DNA of 62,755 nucleotides, the filler included, from Chiloscyllium plagiosum (Eukaryota), in the NCBI RefSeq assembly GCF_004010195.1. It is 4 parts of one record of this genome, joined end to end, with 100 filler letters (N's around TTAATTAATTAA, not from the genome) between each part and the next. Parts side by side here need not be neighbours in the genome. Positions count along the whole stretch, not along the records: positions 1 to 31,779 come from NC_057712.1; positions 31,880 to 48,185 come from NC_057712.1; 2 more parts are not named here. The stretch is one strand, 5' to 3'. This document shows positions 25,081 to 37,754 of the stretch, piece by piece. The notes below the pieces were generated by a model, which made no database searches, was not told where the DNA came from, and saw nothing but the letters and a program-made list of their open reading frames with translations. A program made the position numbers and the translations under genes. Position 1 is the stretch's first letter. Each line of letters opens with the position of its first letter.

Positions 25081-26007
25081 CAGAGCAGACATGTCTCCCT
25101 CACCACTCCCTTGACAGGGCATGTTTCTCCAGTCTCCCCCCTCGGTAGGCCTAATCCCTCAGGCCGAGCCATACCCCAGCCTGACTGGGGATGGTTCTGG
25201 AGGCAGCCTATCCAGCTACCAGCCACTTCTTGTAATCCATCAGTTCCGAGATATTATTGCACACTTACAGACTTGGGAAACTAGGCCTCCTGGCTCAGAG
25301 ATTGGGACAGTGCCACTGCACTGAAAGGTCCCTTCCATAGGCTTTGTAAACAGATGGGGGAAGAAGACCAATCCAAGAGGCTGGCTGATTTATGCCGTGT
25401 TACAATGACGGATTTCCTCTGTCTGCCAATGGGTGTGTGGGCAGGGCACTGCCAGGGTGGGCATGGGGAGTGACCCAGTTGTGAGGACCAGCCCCTTCCC
25501 CCCCAGCAATGTTGATGAGATCTCCCCCATGAGCCTTGGAGTATCCCACACGGTTGTCAGGACCTTGAGGTCTCGTGTACCCAGTGGAGTGTGAGAAAGC
25601 CTGAGGCCTCAGTGCCAGTTTGCAGATGTGGGTCACCCAGCTCATCGGCCACTTCCATCATACCCAGCTCCCCAACTGGTTCCCTGCAGCCACCTTCAGC
25701 ACTGCCTCCCCCTGGCCCTGGGGAGAGGGGACCCTCAGAGAGTTGACTGGCACCCTTTACCCTGTGGACTGCAGCTGAGGTGGGGATCTAATGCTGACCT
25801 TTCTGGCCACAGCTACATTCCACGAGTGGACTGCTGAATCCCAGCAGCTGCTACGCCCGACCTCCAATCGAGCCTTCACCCAGAGGGGAGTGGAGTGTGT
25901 AAGTCACTGCCGTGAGGGGTCCTCAAGCGTGAATACATTTCATGGGAAACTGGATAACGAGGTGAGGGAGAAAAGGTTGAGAGGAAATGTTAACATGAGT
26001 TCAACGA

Positions 26008-26200
26008 TGCTGGTGTTGGACCGGGGTGGACCAAGTTAAAAATCACACAACACCAGGTTATAGTCCAACAGGTTTATTTGGAAGCACTAGCTTTCAGAGC
26101 ACTGTTCCTTCACAACCACCTGATGAAGGAGCAGCCTCCGAAAGCTAGTGCTTCCAAATAAACCTGTTGGACTATAATCTGGTGTTGTGTGATTTTTAAC
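26008..26200. mobile_element. Palindromic Penelope-like pLTR cassette (third family) with hammerhead core at 26120-26147
   Basis: 26035-26100 pairs almost perfectly with 26136-26200; CTGATGA-A-GGAG-CAGC-CTCC-GAAA-GC-TA; TSD TGAGTTCAAYGA at 25996-26007 and 26201-26212. Confidence 0.8.
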
Positions 26201-27339
26201 TGAGTTCAATGAGGTGAAGTGGGAGGCGGGCTCTGGGAATAAGTGGAGTGTATGTAGGCCTGAGGATGGATGGTGCTCAGTGTGGGCTGGGCTCTGGGTC
26301 CAGAACAGCCCCAGGGCCTGTCATTTTTAATTCGGGAAACACAGGTGTCACATTTCTCACCCAGAGGGTGGTTTAGAGTGAATCACTTTGCTGTGGGTCT
26401 GGAGTCACATGTGGCTGGACCAAGTAAGAATGGCAGATTTCCATCCCTAACGTCGGTCAGATGGGTTTCTAACAGCAATCAATGGGTAGCCATTGGATTA
26501 GCTGCCTTTGTCATTCCAGATTTTTATTGGATTTGAATTTCACAATCTGCCCTGGTAGGATCCGCACACAGATCCCCAGAACATTAGTCTGGGGTTCAGA
26601 GTTACTGATCCAGTGACATGACCATTAGTGCATTTGCCCTCCTGCCCCTGCGGGAAGAGGTTAGTCTGGGGCCTAACCTTTAGCAGACCAAACAGACCAG
26701 TTCTCTGCTGCTATTTTGAAGTCACTTTGAGAGACCTTCAGTCATTAACGTGATCAACTTTGAAGCAATCCCATGAGGGGCACTGTATCTTCCCATACAG
26801 TTTCCTAACAATTCCTGACAACAGTATTGAAAGGGTTACAGCACTACCATTCTGCACACGCTCCCAGGGGTTACAATGTTGGGAGGAATTCCATGAACCG
26901 TATCCGTAATGGAGCACCAGGAGCTGGGATACTGTCCTGGCTCATTAATGATTAGGAAGTCAGAAAGATACATACTGCTTACTTGTTCACCTCAATCTGC
27001 AACGTATTTGTATGAGTCAGACTGTCTGCTCTTTGTGTGCCAGACTCTCCCAGCTCTTTAACCCTGTGCTTATTGTGGTTCCAGCCTGATCCCATTGCAT
27101 TTCAGTGACATTATTTCAAACTGTACACCCAAGAGCAATATATCACCCTGTGTTTCTAAGACAGAGAGCTCTCTAATTTTAGCCAAATACACCCTTTCAG
27201 AGAGATTGATAACAGAGAGAATTCCTCCTCATTCTTTCCCTAACCACACCCCCCACTGACCCTGAAACTCTTCACAGAGGAGTTGCTCTGACACTACCTA
27301 AAGACACACACTGGCTAGTAACAATAGCTCGCCTCAGTC

Positions 27340-27664
27340 ATTGGAGCATAGCATCCCTACAGTGTGGATACAGGCCTTTCAGCCCAACATGTCCATAGTG
27401 GCCCTCCAAAGGGTATCCCAGGAAATCCATTTCCCCTTACTCTACATTTACCCCTGACTAATGCACCTAACCTACACGTCCCTGAACACTGTGGGCCAAT
27501 TCACCTGACCTGCACATCATTGGAATGTGGGAGGAAACCGGAGGAAACCCACACAGACACTGGGAGAATGTGCAAACTTTACACAGACAGTTACCTGAGG
27601 CTGGAGTCGAACCTGTGACCCTGGTGCTGTGAGGCAGCAGTGCTAACCACTGAGCCACCGTGCC
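27340..27664 (-). mobile_element. HE1-type V-SINE
   Basis: Head, V core and tail all present in reverse orientation. Confidence 0.88.
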
Positions 27665-28030
27665 ATGCCATGTCATTACGCACACTAGGAGGACATTCAG
27701 GCCATCGTCTCCATGCTGCCTCTCAGGGAGCTGAGTAATCCAACTGGAACTGGGTGACCTCAGCTGGAACACCCGAGCTACAACAACAACATTTTTCCGA
27801 CAGTGTGGATCCGCCCTGAACTCAACAATCCCGACTTGTCTCCTACTGGAAACATAAAGGATTCTGTCTCGAGTCCAGCCCAACTTCACATGGCCTCACC
27901 CCCACAGTGCCCTTCCTCCTGCCTCCCAGCACTGCCAACCTTTCTAGAATGACCATCCAAGATCAGCAGCTCCCACGTTCTCCTGGTCTTCCCGGATATT
28001 CATCCAATTCACCAAGTAGTGACCAAGCTT

Positions 28031-28200
28031 GGGGGCTGGTTAGCTCAGTTGGCTAGACAGCACAGAGTAACACCAACAATTGCCACACTGAGTGAGGTTA
28101 CCATGAAGAGCTCTCCCTCTGAACCTCTCCCCTCACCTGAGGTACGGTGGTCCTCAGGTTAGACCACCACCAGTTGTCTCTCTTTAATGAGAGAGCAGGG
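28031..28200 (+). mobile_element. tRNA-derived SINE remnant (not HE1)
   Basis: GGGGCTGGTTAGCTCAGTTGGCTAGA is a tRNA-like A-box head, followed by a non-tRNA body; no complete cloverleaf. Confidence 0.55.
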
Positions 28201-29444
28201 TTATGGCAACTTTACCTTTTACCCAGGTATCCTAGCTCACTCAATGCATCACAAGGTCAGGGGTCCAAGCCTCACATGCAAAGTTTGAGCATATGGGTGA
28301 GATGTTCATGCTGCACTCTCAGAAGGCCTTGCCTCTCATGGGATATTGAACCTGACCGAAGTACTAAAGGACATGATTTAAATTCAACCCAATAGTGTGT
28401 GACAACTGGTAATCAAGTAACTGTGAGTTTTGGATTTGTTGTCAATACTGTCACCAAACTAATAGTTCCCTGGCAAACTCACCATGGCAACACTTTGACC
28501 AATCAGAGTTGACTTGCCAACCAATCAGCACCCTTTTGTCATGCAATATAAATTGTGACTCCCTTTTGAAATGTGCATCAGTTCTGATGAGTGCACTGCT
28601 CCTGACTGAATTGTATAGGGCTCTGATGTAATTACTTACTCATTAATGCAGGTCCAATGGGCTAAATGATCTCAGTCTGCACCATAATGCTGTGATTCAA
28701 TGGGAGTAAATACTGGTGCTCATTCCTAAGAGTGCATGTGACTGGAATGAATACAGTGTGAGGCGTGTTCGATGTTGGGTCAAATTCCTTTGGATGGTCA
28801 TGGTCAAACCAATTGTATTTAGAAAGGCCCATTTTTTTAGGCCGAGGTCTCTAGGTCATGGTTTTCCAGCCAGTTCAGATATGTTGAACTGGAGTCAGAT
28901 TATAAAGTAGGAAATGCAGCAACAAATGTGCCCACACCAAGTCCCCACAAGCAGCAACGAGACTGTGACCGGATCATCCATTTTAGTGGCACCTTCATAA
29001 AGCTCCTCAGTCAGCGTTTTCCAAACCCACAACCTCTACCATCTAGAAGGACAAGGTTAGAAGGTAAACCACTACCTCCACTCCAAGCCACTCACCATCC
29101 TCATTTGGAAATAAATCGCTTTTCCCTCACTGTCGCCGGGTCAAAATCCTGGAATTCCATCCCTTAGGACATTGTGGGTCAACCCACAGCAAAAGGACTG
29201 CAGCGGTTCAGGAAGACAGCTCACCCCCACCTTCTCAAGAGGCAACTAGGGACGGCCTATAAAGGCTGGGCCGGCCAGTGACACCGACATCCCATGAGTA
29301 ATTTTATGGCTTGTTCGGTGTTAGCCTAGCAACACTGCTTCTTATAATGATAACTTGGAGCATGCTTAATCAAAGAGTAAAAAAAAAATTTACACAACAC
29401 TGTGGACTATTTTAGATTTGATGAATTGTCTAATTCAGACAATG

Positions 29445-29595
29445 AGGAGAAAGTGAGGACTGCAGATGCTGGAGATCAGAGCTGAAAATGTGTTGCTGGA
29501 AAAGCGCAGCAGGTCAGGCAGCATCCAGGGAACAGGATCCTGTTCCCTGGATGCTGCCTGACCTGCTGCGCTTTTCCAGCAACACATTTTCAGAG
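29445..29595. mobile_element. Penelope-like inverted pLTR mini-cassette with the hammerhead deleted; perfect 15-bp TSD
   Basis: Arms meet at the palindrome GGGAACAGGA|TCCTGTTCCC; TSD CTAATTCAGACAATG at 29430-29444 and 29596-29610. Confidence 0.88.
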
Positions 29596-29879
29596 CTAAT
29601 TCAGACAATGGCTAATCAAGTAAGTGCGAGGTTTTGCTTTGATGTAAACACTGTCCCCAAATTATTCTCCAATTCACCATGAGAGATCCTGAGGCAGGAA
29701 CAGGAAACAGAGGCCCATTCTACTGGCACTCACCATCTTCCCAATGTCACTATGGATTTATGAAACAGCAGAGTACTGGAGGGAAGATGCAGAGATGCCC
29801 TCAGGAAACAAGGCAATCTGATGCACTCTGCCATTTAAATAAAAAACACCTGACATCTTTGAGCAAAGTACTGGATCAG

Positions 29880-30006
29880 GATGAAGGGCCTTTGCCTGAA
29901 ACGTCGATTCTCCTGCTCCTTGGATGCTGCCTGACCTGCTGTGCCTTTCCAGCACCACTCTAATCCTGACTCTAATCTCCAGCATCGGCAGTACCCACCT
30001 CCACCT
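29880..30006 (+). mobile_element. Penelope-like pLTR fragment
   Basis: GATGAAGGGCCTTTGCCTGAAACGTC..CTCCAGCATC; the 5' part of the core is altered. Confidence 0.75.
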
Positions 30007-30524
30007 AAAGTAGTGGACGTGACCAGCCTCTCTCTGAGGGGTGTTATTTTTCCTGGGATGTGAGCCTCACTGGCAGGACCATCTTTGTCACCCATCTCTA
30101 ATTCATCCTAATGCTGAGGAGCTTGTTAGATCATTTCAGAGGGTGGCTAAGAGTCAACCACATTGTTGTGGGCCTGGAGTCACGTCTAGGCCAGATCAGC
30201 TAAGGGGCAATCAATGGCAGGCAGCATTATGGTGCCATTACTACAACCTCTTTGATTGAATTGAAATTGCCCCAAGTAGCATGGTGGGTTTTGAACCCTG
30301 TCCCTCGAGCATTATCCTGGGCTTTTAGAATACCAGGTCAGTGACACCACCACTTCCCCACGACCACCAGCTTCAAGGTCCTCGCTCACTGGGTTCTGTC
30401 CTAATGACTTGTTTCCCAGGAGCTGCCAATGGATCAGGGCTGGAGGATCAGTAACAGCTCGCCCACTTCATACTGAGCAGCAGAGAATCCACCTGAGAGA
30501 TAGCATCAGGGCTTCGAGATGTTC

Positions 30525-30725
30525 TGTCTCTGCCTCTCACACATATGCACTCACACTCACAACAGTGACACATACTGACATGCACTGGAACTCACTTGCT
30601 TACACTTATACATGCTCTCTAACACACACTTAAACGTGCATTCACATTCACTCCATCCAGTGACTACACACAAATAGACAAGCATTTACGCTACACACAC
30701 ATCCACACATTACTTACCCGAACGC
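30525..30725. repeat. CA-rich low-complexity tract
   Basis: Degenerate (CA)n. A similar tract lies at about 54895-55105. Confidence 0.7.
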
Positions 30726-30729
30726 TCTC

Positions 30730-31779
30730 TGTCAGATCCACCGACATCAAGCCGGTGTTCTTCTCTGACCACTGCCTCCTGCTGGCCGACTGTCACCTAC
30801 AGGACGAGCAGCAGGATGGTAGGGGAACGTGGAAGATGAACACAAAGCTGTTGACTCCGGGAAACATTGAGGAGCTCAACAGGGACTACGTAGGTTGGAG
30901 AACCGTGAAGCCCCAGCAGACTGGTGGGAAACAGTAAAAGGGAACATCAAGAGGTTCTTCATCCTCAAAGGTGTTCAGGAGGCGAGAGAGAGGTGGGGAA
31001 AACTGTCCCAGCTCCAGGAAAGTATGCAGAACCTGCTCCTGCTGCAGATGATGGGGGTCGATGTCACAGACGACCTTAAGGAGGTGAAGGGCCAGCAAGT
31101 CTCGCTCTTTGCCTCGGAGTCCTCCAAGATAATCTTCAAGTCCAGGGTCCGCTCCGTGGAGCAGGTCGAGACTTGCTCACTTTTCTTCTTCCAGAAGGTG
31201 CACAAAGAGAGCTCCGTTCTCAGCAGCCTGAAGGAAGAAGATGGCTCGATAACGTCATCTCAGGCTGACATCATGAGGATCAGCAAAGTCTGTATGACTC
31301 AAAGCCAACCAACAGCGCGGCCTCCCAGTCGTTCCTGTCCTCCATCACGGAGGTCTTAGACAATAGAACACGGGAGAGGCTGGACCAGCCGCTATCTCTG
31401 GACGCACTGACCAAGGCCCTCAAGTCCTTCGAAAAGAATAAAACTCCTGGAAACGACAGCTTACCGGTCGAGCTCTATTCTGCTCTATGGGACTAGATTG
31501 GCCAGGACCTGCTGGAGGTGTATGTCAGTATGCTTCTGGCAGGTACCATGAGCGAATCCATGAGGAAAGACATCATCACCCTCATCTACAAGCGGAAGGG
31601 GGAGAGGGAGGAAATCAGAAATTGGAGACCAATCTCCCTATTGAATGTGGATTACAAAATTTTGTCAAAGGTTAACGCCAACCGGGTCAGGTCTGCTTTG
31701 GTGTCGGTGATTCACCCTGACCAAACCTGTGCTGTACCGGGCAGGAAGATCGCTGAGAGTCTCGCACTCCTCAGGGATA
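30730..31779 (+). mobile_element. Tx1/L1-clade non-LTR retrotransposon ORF2 fragment (end of endonuclease to start of RT), frameshifted
   Basis: FSDHC, WKMNTKLL, WWETVKGNIK, KTPGNDSLPVELY, NWRPISLLNVDYKILSK and IHPDQTCAVPGR. Confidence 0.9.
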
Positions 31780-31879
31780 NNNNNNNNNNNNNNNNNNNNN
31801 NNNNNNNNNNNNNNNNNNNNNNNTTAATTAATTAANNNNNNNNNNNNNNNNNNNNNNNNNNNNNNNNNNNNNNNNNNNN
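31780..31879. other. Artificial contig-joining spacer
   Basis: N44-TTAATTAATTAA-N44, exactly 100 bp, with stops in all six frames. Confidence 0.95.
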
Positions 31880-32526
31880 GCTGAAAATGTGTTGCTGGAA
31901 AAGCGCAGCAGGTCAGGCAGCATCCAAGGAGCAGGAGAATCGACGTTTCAGGCATGAGCTCGGGGTTAGGTGTGGTGACGGAGATCGGCGTGGGGGCGGG
32001 GTTAGGCATGGTGACGGAGATCGGCGTGGGGGCGGAGATGCATGCGGCGTGGTTGTTGTGCAGGTGAGTGATGTCACTGGGGGCGGAAGTGGCTGCGGTG
32101 ACGGCAACCCAGGGGGTGGAAATGTCTATGGCGACGGCATGGTGACGGAGATCGGCGTGGGGGCGGAGATGCATGCGGCGTGGTTGTTGTGCAGGTGAGT
32201 GATGTCACTGGGGGCGGAAGTGGCTGCGGTGACGGCAACCCAGGGGGTGGAAATGTCTATGGCGACGGCAGAAATGGTGTTGTTCCCATTAGCCGTGGAC
32301 CCCGTGGAGGCCGCGAATCTGTCGATGATGGTCTTCCTGGCAATCGCGGAGGCTGCAAGGTCGGTGGGAGCGGAAGTGACGTCATGGTTCGCGGCGGCGG
32401 TTGTTGCCGTGGGCGCTGCAGCGGCCGCATGGTTAATGGCACCAGAGTGATTTCGGAGGCTGATGGAAGATTCTGGAACAGTTGAGGAACCCAGAGTGTG
32501 GGGTAAGTACATAAAAGTGTTTGGTG
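31880..32526 (-). mobile_element. Penelope-like pLTR joined to a CpG-rich Ala/Thr-coding segment (probable PLE internal region) with internal tandem duplications
   Basis: pLTR at 31880-31955; a 36-bp repeat; an exact 131-bp duplication at 32005-32270. PLE origin of the GC-rich part is inference. Confidence 0.55.
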
Positions 32527-35278
32527 CTCTGCATCTTGTCAATGTCCCTCTGTAACCTACAACATCCTTTGACACTATCCATAACTCTGCCTACCTTAGT
32601 GTCATCTGCAAATTTACTAACCCATCCTTCTATGCTCACATCCAGATCATTTACAAAAATGACAAACAGCAGTGGCCCCGGCACACCACTGGTAACTGAG
32701 CTCCAGATGAACATCTCCCATCAACCATCACTTTCTGTCTTCTTTCAGCTAACCAATTTGTGATCCAAACTGCTGAGTCACCCTCAATCCCAAAGCTCCA
32801 TATTTTGTGCAATAGCCTACCATGGGAACCTCACCAAATGCCTTACTGAAGTCCATATACACCACATCAACTGCTTTACCCTCATCCACCTGTTTTGTCA
32901 CTTTATCGAACTCAATAAAGTTATTGAGGCATGACCTACCCTTCACAAAACCGTGCTGATGATCCCTAATCAAATTATTCCTTTCCAGATGATTATAAAT
33001 CCTGTCTCCTATAACCTTCTCCAACACCTTACCACAACCGAAGAAAGGCTGACTGGCCTATAATTACCAGGGTTGTCCTGACTCCCCTTCATAAACAAGG
33101 GGACATTTGCTATCCTCCAGTCTTCTGGCACTATTCCTATCAACAATTATGATAAAGATCAAAGCCAAGGCTCTGCAATCTCCTCCCCAGCTTCCCAGAG
33201 AATCCGAGGATTTTGGGCGGCACGGTGGCACAGTGGTTAGCGCTGCTGCCTCACAGCTCCAGAGACCCGGGTTCAACTCCCGCCTCAGACTGTGAGGAGT
33301 TTGCACGTTCTCCCTATGTCTGCGTGGGTTTCCTCCGGGTGCTCCGGTTTCCTCCCACAGTCCAAAGATGTGCAGGTCAGGTGAATTGGCCATGCTAAAT
33401 TGCCCGTACTGTTAGGTTAGGGGTAAATGTAGGGGTTTGGGTGGGTTGCGCTTCGGCAGGTCGGTGTGGACTGGTTGGGCCGAAGGGCCTGTTTCCACAC
33501 TGTAATGTAATCTAATCTAATCTAAATCCCATCTGGCCCAGGGGTCTTATCTATTTTCAGATCTTCCTAAATTCCTAAAACCTCCTCTTTGTCAACCTCA
33601 ATCCTATCTAATCTTGTAGCCTGTATCTCCGTATTCTCACTAACATTGCCCTTTCCCATTGTGAATACTGACAAAAAGGATTCATTCAATGCTTCCCCTA
33701 TGTCCTCGGATTCCACACACAATTTTTCACAACTGCCTTTGATTGGCCCTAATCTTACTCTGGTCATTCTTTTATTCCTGATATACCTATAGAAAGCCTT
33801 AGGGTTTTCCTTGATCCTATCCGCCAATGACCTCTCATGTCCCCTCCTGTCCCTTCTTAGCCCTCTCTTTAGATCTTTTCTGGCTAACTTATAACTCCAA
33901 AGCTCCCTAACTGAGCCTTCACGCCTCATCCTCACATAAACCTTTCTCTTCCTTTTGACAAGAGCTTCAACTTCTTTAGTAAACCATGGCTCCCTCTCTC
34001 GACAACTACCTCCCTGCCTGATAGGTATATACTTACCAACGACCCACAGTAGCTGTTCCTTGAATAAGCTCCACATTTCAATTGTGCCCATCCCCTGCAG
34101 TTTCCTTGCCCATCCTATGCAGCCTAAATCTTGCCTAATTGCATCATAATTGCCTTTCCCCATAGTTATACCTCTTTCCCTATGCGGTATATCCCTGTCC
34201 CTGCCCATTGCTATTGTAAACATAACTGAATTGTGGTCACTATCGCCAAATCTAACAGCTGGTCGGGTTCATTCCCCAGTACCAAATCCAAAATGGCATC
34301 GCCCCTTGTTGGCCTGTCTACATACTGTGTCAGGAAACCCTCCTGCACACATTGGACAAAAACTGACCCATCTAAACTACTTGAACTATAGCATTCCCAG
34401 TCAATATTGGGGAAGTTAAAGTCCCTCATAACAATTACCCTGTTACTCTCACTCCTATTGAGAATCATCTTTGCTATCTTTACCTCTACATCCCTGGAAC
34501 AATTTGGAGGCTTATAGATAACTCCAAAAGGGTGACATCTCCTTTCCGGTTTCTAACCTCAGTCCAAACTACCTCAGTGGACGAGTCCTCAAATGTTATC
34601 TTAGCTGCTGCAATACTACCCTTGATTAAAAATGCTGCCCCCCCCCCCACACCCGCACACCTACTTAACCATCATCTCTGTTCCTGCTGAAACATCTAAA
34701 TCTCAGAATCTGCAACAACCATTCCCATCCCTCCTCCAGCCATGTCTCTGAAATGGCCACAACATCGAAATCACAGGTACCAACCCATGCTGCAAGTTCA
34801 CCCACCTTATTCCGGATGCTTCTGGCATTGACGTACACACATTTCAAACGAACATCCTGATTGCCGGTGCCCTCTCGCGGCCTTGTTAACCTATCTCTGA
34901 CCTCACTACCCTCAACCTCCTGGACACTGGAACTACAATTCGCGTTCCCATCCCCCTGCTGCCACCCCACCCCGAAGAGCATTAGCAAATCTCACCCGAG
35001 GATATTGGTACCCCTCTGGTTTAGATGAAGACCATCCTGCTTGTAGAGGTCCCACCTTCCCCAGAATGAGCCCCAATTATCCAAGAATCCAAAACCCTCC
35101 CTCCTGCACCATCCCTGCAGCCACGTGTTCAGGCCCACTCTCTCCCTGTTCCTCACTTCACTAGCACGTGGCATGGACAGACATAACAACTCTGTTAGTT
35201 CTAGCTCTAAGCTTCCACCCTAGCTCCCTGAATTTCTGCCTTAGATCTCCACCTTTCTTCCTAGCGATGTTGTTGGGA
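32527..35278 (-). mobile_element. Decayed CR1 LINE (ORF1 esterase to RT core)
   Basis: FLDNWGSFWGRWDLYKQDGLHLN, YVNARSIRNK, DFNFPNIDW, QHGFVKGRSC, VYMDFSKAF and SKFADDTK on minus. Confidence 0.93.
33215..33525 (+). mobile_element. HE1-type V-SINE, full length, inserted in CR1
   Basis: GGGCGGCACGGTGGCACAGTGGTTAGC head and (TCTAA)n tail. Confidence 0.93.
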
Positions 35279-35857
35279 TCTATAACGGGAGCTTTATCCT
35301 GTTCTCACCACCAGCCCCTGCTCCCTTTGAAAACTACAGCTCCTGCTCACTTCCATCTGTGACGGGGATGATGTGGACATACCACAGTGAGGCCCAGCAG
35401 TAGGCCACTGGACCCCAGCCATTGATTGAATCTGAGCCAGCCCCTCTCCTCTCAGGCTGAGAGTCATCTGCCTTGGGCCTTCGTCCTTTACCTGTCTCCA
35501 GCCTGACAACTGTCGGCAGTACTGAGGGCATGACACACTGCCTCTAGCCCATAGTACAATAAGGGTATGCCGCCTTCCCAGGCGGATCTGAGAAAGATCC
35601 CATCCCACCGTTCCGAAGAAGAGGAAATGTGTCTTCCTCAGTGCTCTGTCCCAGAGTTTCTCCTAAGCCCCAATATTACGATGATTTGTTGATTGCGTTA
35701 CTGTTTCAGCATCTTGCCAATTGACACACAGCACTTGCCTGTATTATAGCAGGAGTCACCGAAGGCAAACCTGTCAGTGCAGCAAGCTCTTGGGAAGCCT
35801 TACTGAATGATAATCTCTACCATCACACTGAAATCTTGCTTCAGTGGGATCGCAGTT

Positions 35858-36388
35858 GGGATTAGACAACACCTGGAGTACTGTGTGCAGTTTTGGTCTC
35901 CTTACGACAGGAAAGATACGATTGCCATTGGGGGAATTGAACAAAGCTTCACCAGACTTCTTCCTGGGATGGTGGGACTGAACATGAAGAAAGATCGGGC
36001 CTGTGCTCTCCAGAGTTCTGAAGAATGGGAGGTGATCTCATTGAAACCAACAAAACACGTCAAGGGCTCAAAAGGGGAGATGTACACAAGATGGATTCCT
36101 CTGACTGGAGGGCCCAGAACACAGGGGCACACTTTAAAAAGAATGGGGATGTCAGTTAGGATGGAGAGGAGGAGAAATCTTTTGACTCCGAGGGTTATGA
36201 GTCTTTGGAATTTGGAAGAGAAATGAGGAGGCTCACTTCCTGTATGTTTTAGGCAGAGATACATTGATTTCAAACAGCGCACAGAAGATGGGTGAGTACA
36301 AGGCAGTGAAGTGTATGATCGGATGTGATTGTACTGAATGGTGGGGCACGCTTGATGGGCTGAGTGGCCTACTCCTGTTCTTCTATGC
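35858..36388 (+). mobile_element. CR1 3' fragment, old
   Basis: RQHLEYCVQFWSPY and a CR1-type 3' UTR. Confidence 0.8.
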
Positions 36389-36390
36389 TT

Positions 36391-36710
36391 GGGGCAGCAT
36401 GGTGGCTCAGTGGTTAGCACTGCAGCTTCACAGCACCAGGGACCCAGGTTTGATTCCAGCCTCAGGCGACTGACTGTGTGGAGTTTGCACGTTCTCCCAG
36501 TGTCTGCGTGGGTTTCCTCCGGGTGCTCCGGTTTCCTCCCACAGTCCAAAGATGTGCAGGTCAGGGTGGATTGCCTGTGGTGTTAGGTCCATTAGTCAAA
36601 GGTAAATATAGGGTAGGGGAATGGGTCTGGGAGGGTTACTCTCGGAGGGTGGGTGTGGACCTGTTGGGCCAAAGGACCTGTTTCCACACTGTAGGGAATC
36701 TCATCTAATC
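36391..36710 (+). mobile_element. HE1-type V-SINE
   Basis: Head, V core and tail present. Confidence 0.9.
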
Positions 36711-37754
36711 TGAAAAGCATGTTGCTGTTGGGAATTCCAGGATTTTGGTCCAGTGATAGTGAAGGAACAGCAATATATATCCACGTCAGGATGGTGAGTG
36801 GCTTCAAGGAGGATGTGAGATGGGAAGACCACCACCTTGTCAAGGGCAGTTAGGGATGGACAATAAATGCTGGGGCAGCCAGAGACACTCACATCCCACA
36901 AAATTAATTTTAAAAAATGACTAACACCCTGAGGATGTGAAAGGCACTGCAGAGCTGCAAGACTTTCATGTCTTTATTTTTGGATTTGTAAATCAGTAAC
37001 AGCAAGACCGAGTTACAAGTTAACAATTGGCTTTTGAGTCATGGTTAACACAGCTCCCAGGGTACAGACTCACACTGCTATAGCTGAGAAGGCACATGAT
37101 CCTGAAATAGTTACCAGCAACAGGCTCTTCACATACACACACACACCCCCTGAGTGAACTGGCAGCTCCTCAGAGGGTTTCTTCAAGCACATACGCAACT
37201 CTCAAACTCTGAAAAAGGGAAAGAGGAGCTGATGTGTGAGACAGATCCGATAGCTGACAAAACAGCAAGAGGAGCTGTGACTATACCCTCGAGCAAGGGC
37301 ACACATGAGCGTTCCTCCTCCCTGGCATGGCCACAGCGCTGAACCACAAAGGGCTCCTGGGGAGACTCTGCTGCTGTGCTGATAGGTGGCTGAGTCATAT
37401 CTCAGACAGTCAGCCGACTGCACTGCTCCCAGCTGTGAGCCAGCCGGCTGGCTCCTGTACAGGGTGTGGACATGATCAACCTGACAGCAGCCAGGAAGCA
37501 TGACACACACATCCTCACAGCCATTTGTTTTTCTGCAGGTAAGGCACTTTCACCACCCTCCCTGGAGGGAAAAGGTGGATCCTCACACCTGTCAGCCACG
37601 TCAAAGGCTCTATCCTGAGCTCATGCTCCTTCCCTCCGGGCCAGCAACCTGGGTTACATCATCTCATAGCTGTTCAATGACAAGGTTCGGGTGCGTGGGA
37701 CCGGCTTTCATCCTGTGGACTTCACCTGTCCCAGTGTGTAAGGGAGCTGGTGTT

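Noticed and set aside
28031..28100. tRNA gene (also the HE1 heads)
   Set aside because: Only an A-box/D-arm-like start; no complete cloverleaf. These are SINE heads.
30525..30730. Tx1 element targeting a (CA)n microsatellite
   Set aside because: Only the truncated 5' junction is visible and the 3' end is lost at the spacer, so target specificity cannot be judged.
31824..31835. Recurrent TTAATTAATTAA palindrome
   Set aside because: It is a synthetic six-frame stop linker centred in exact 100-bp spacers.
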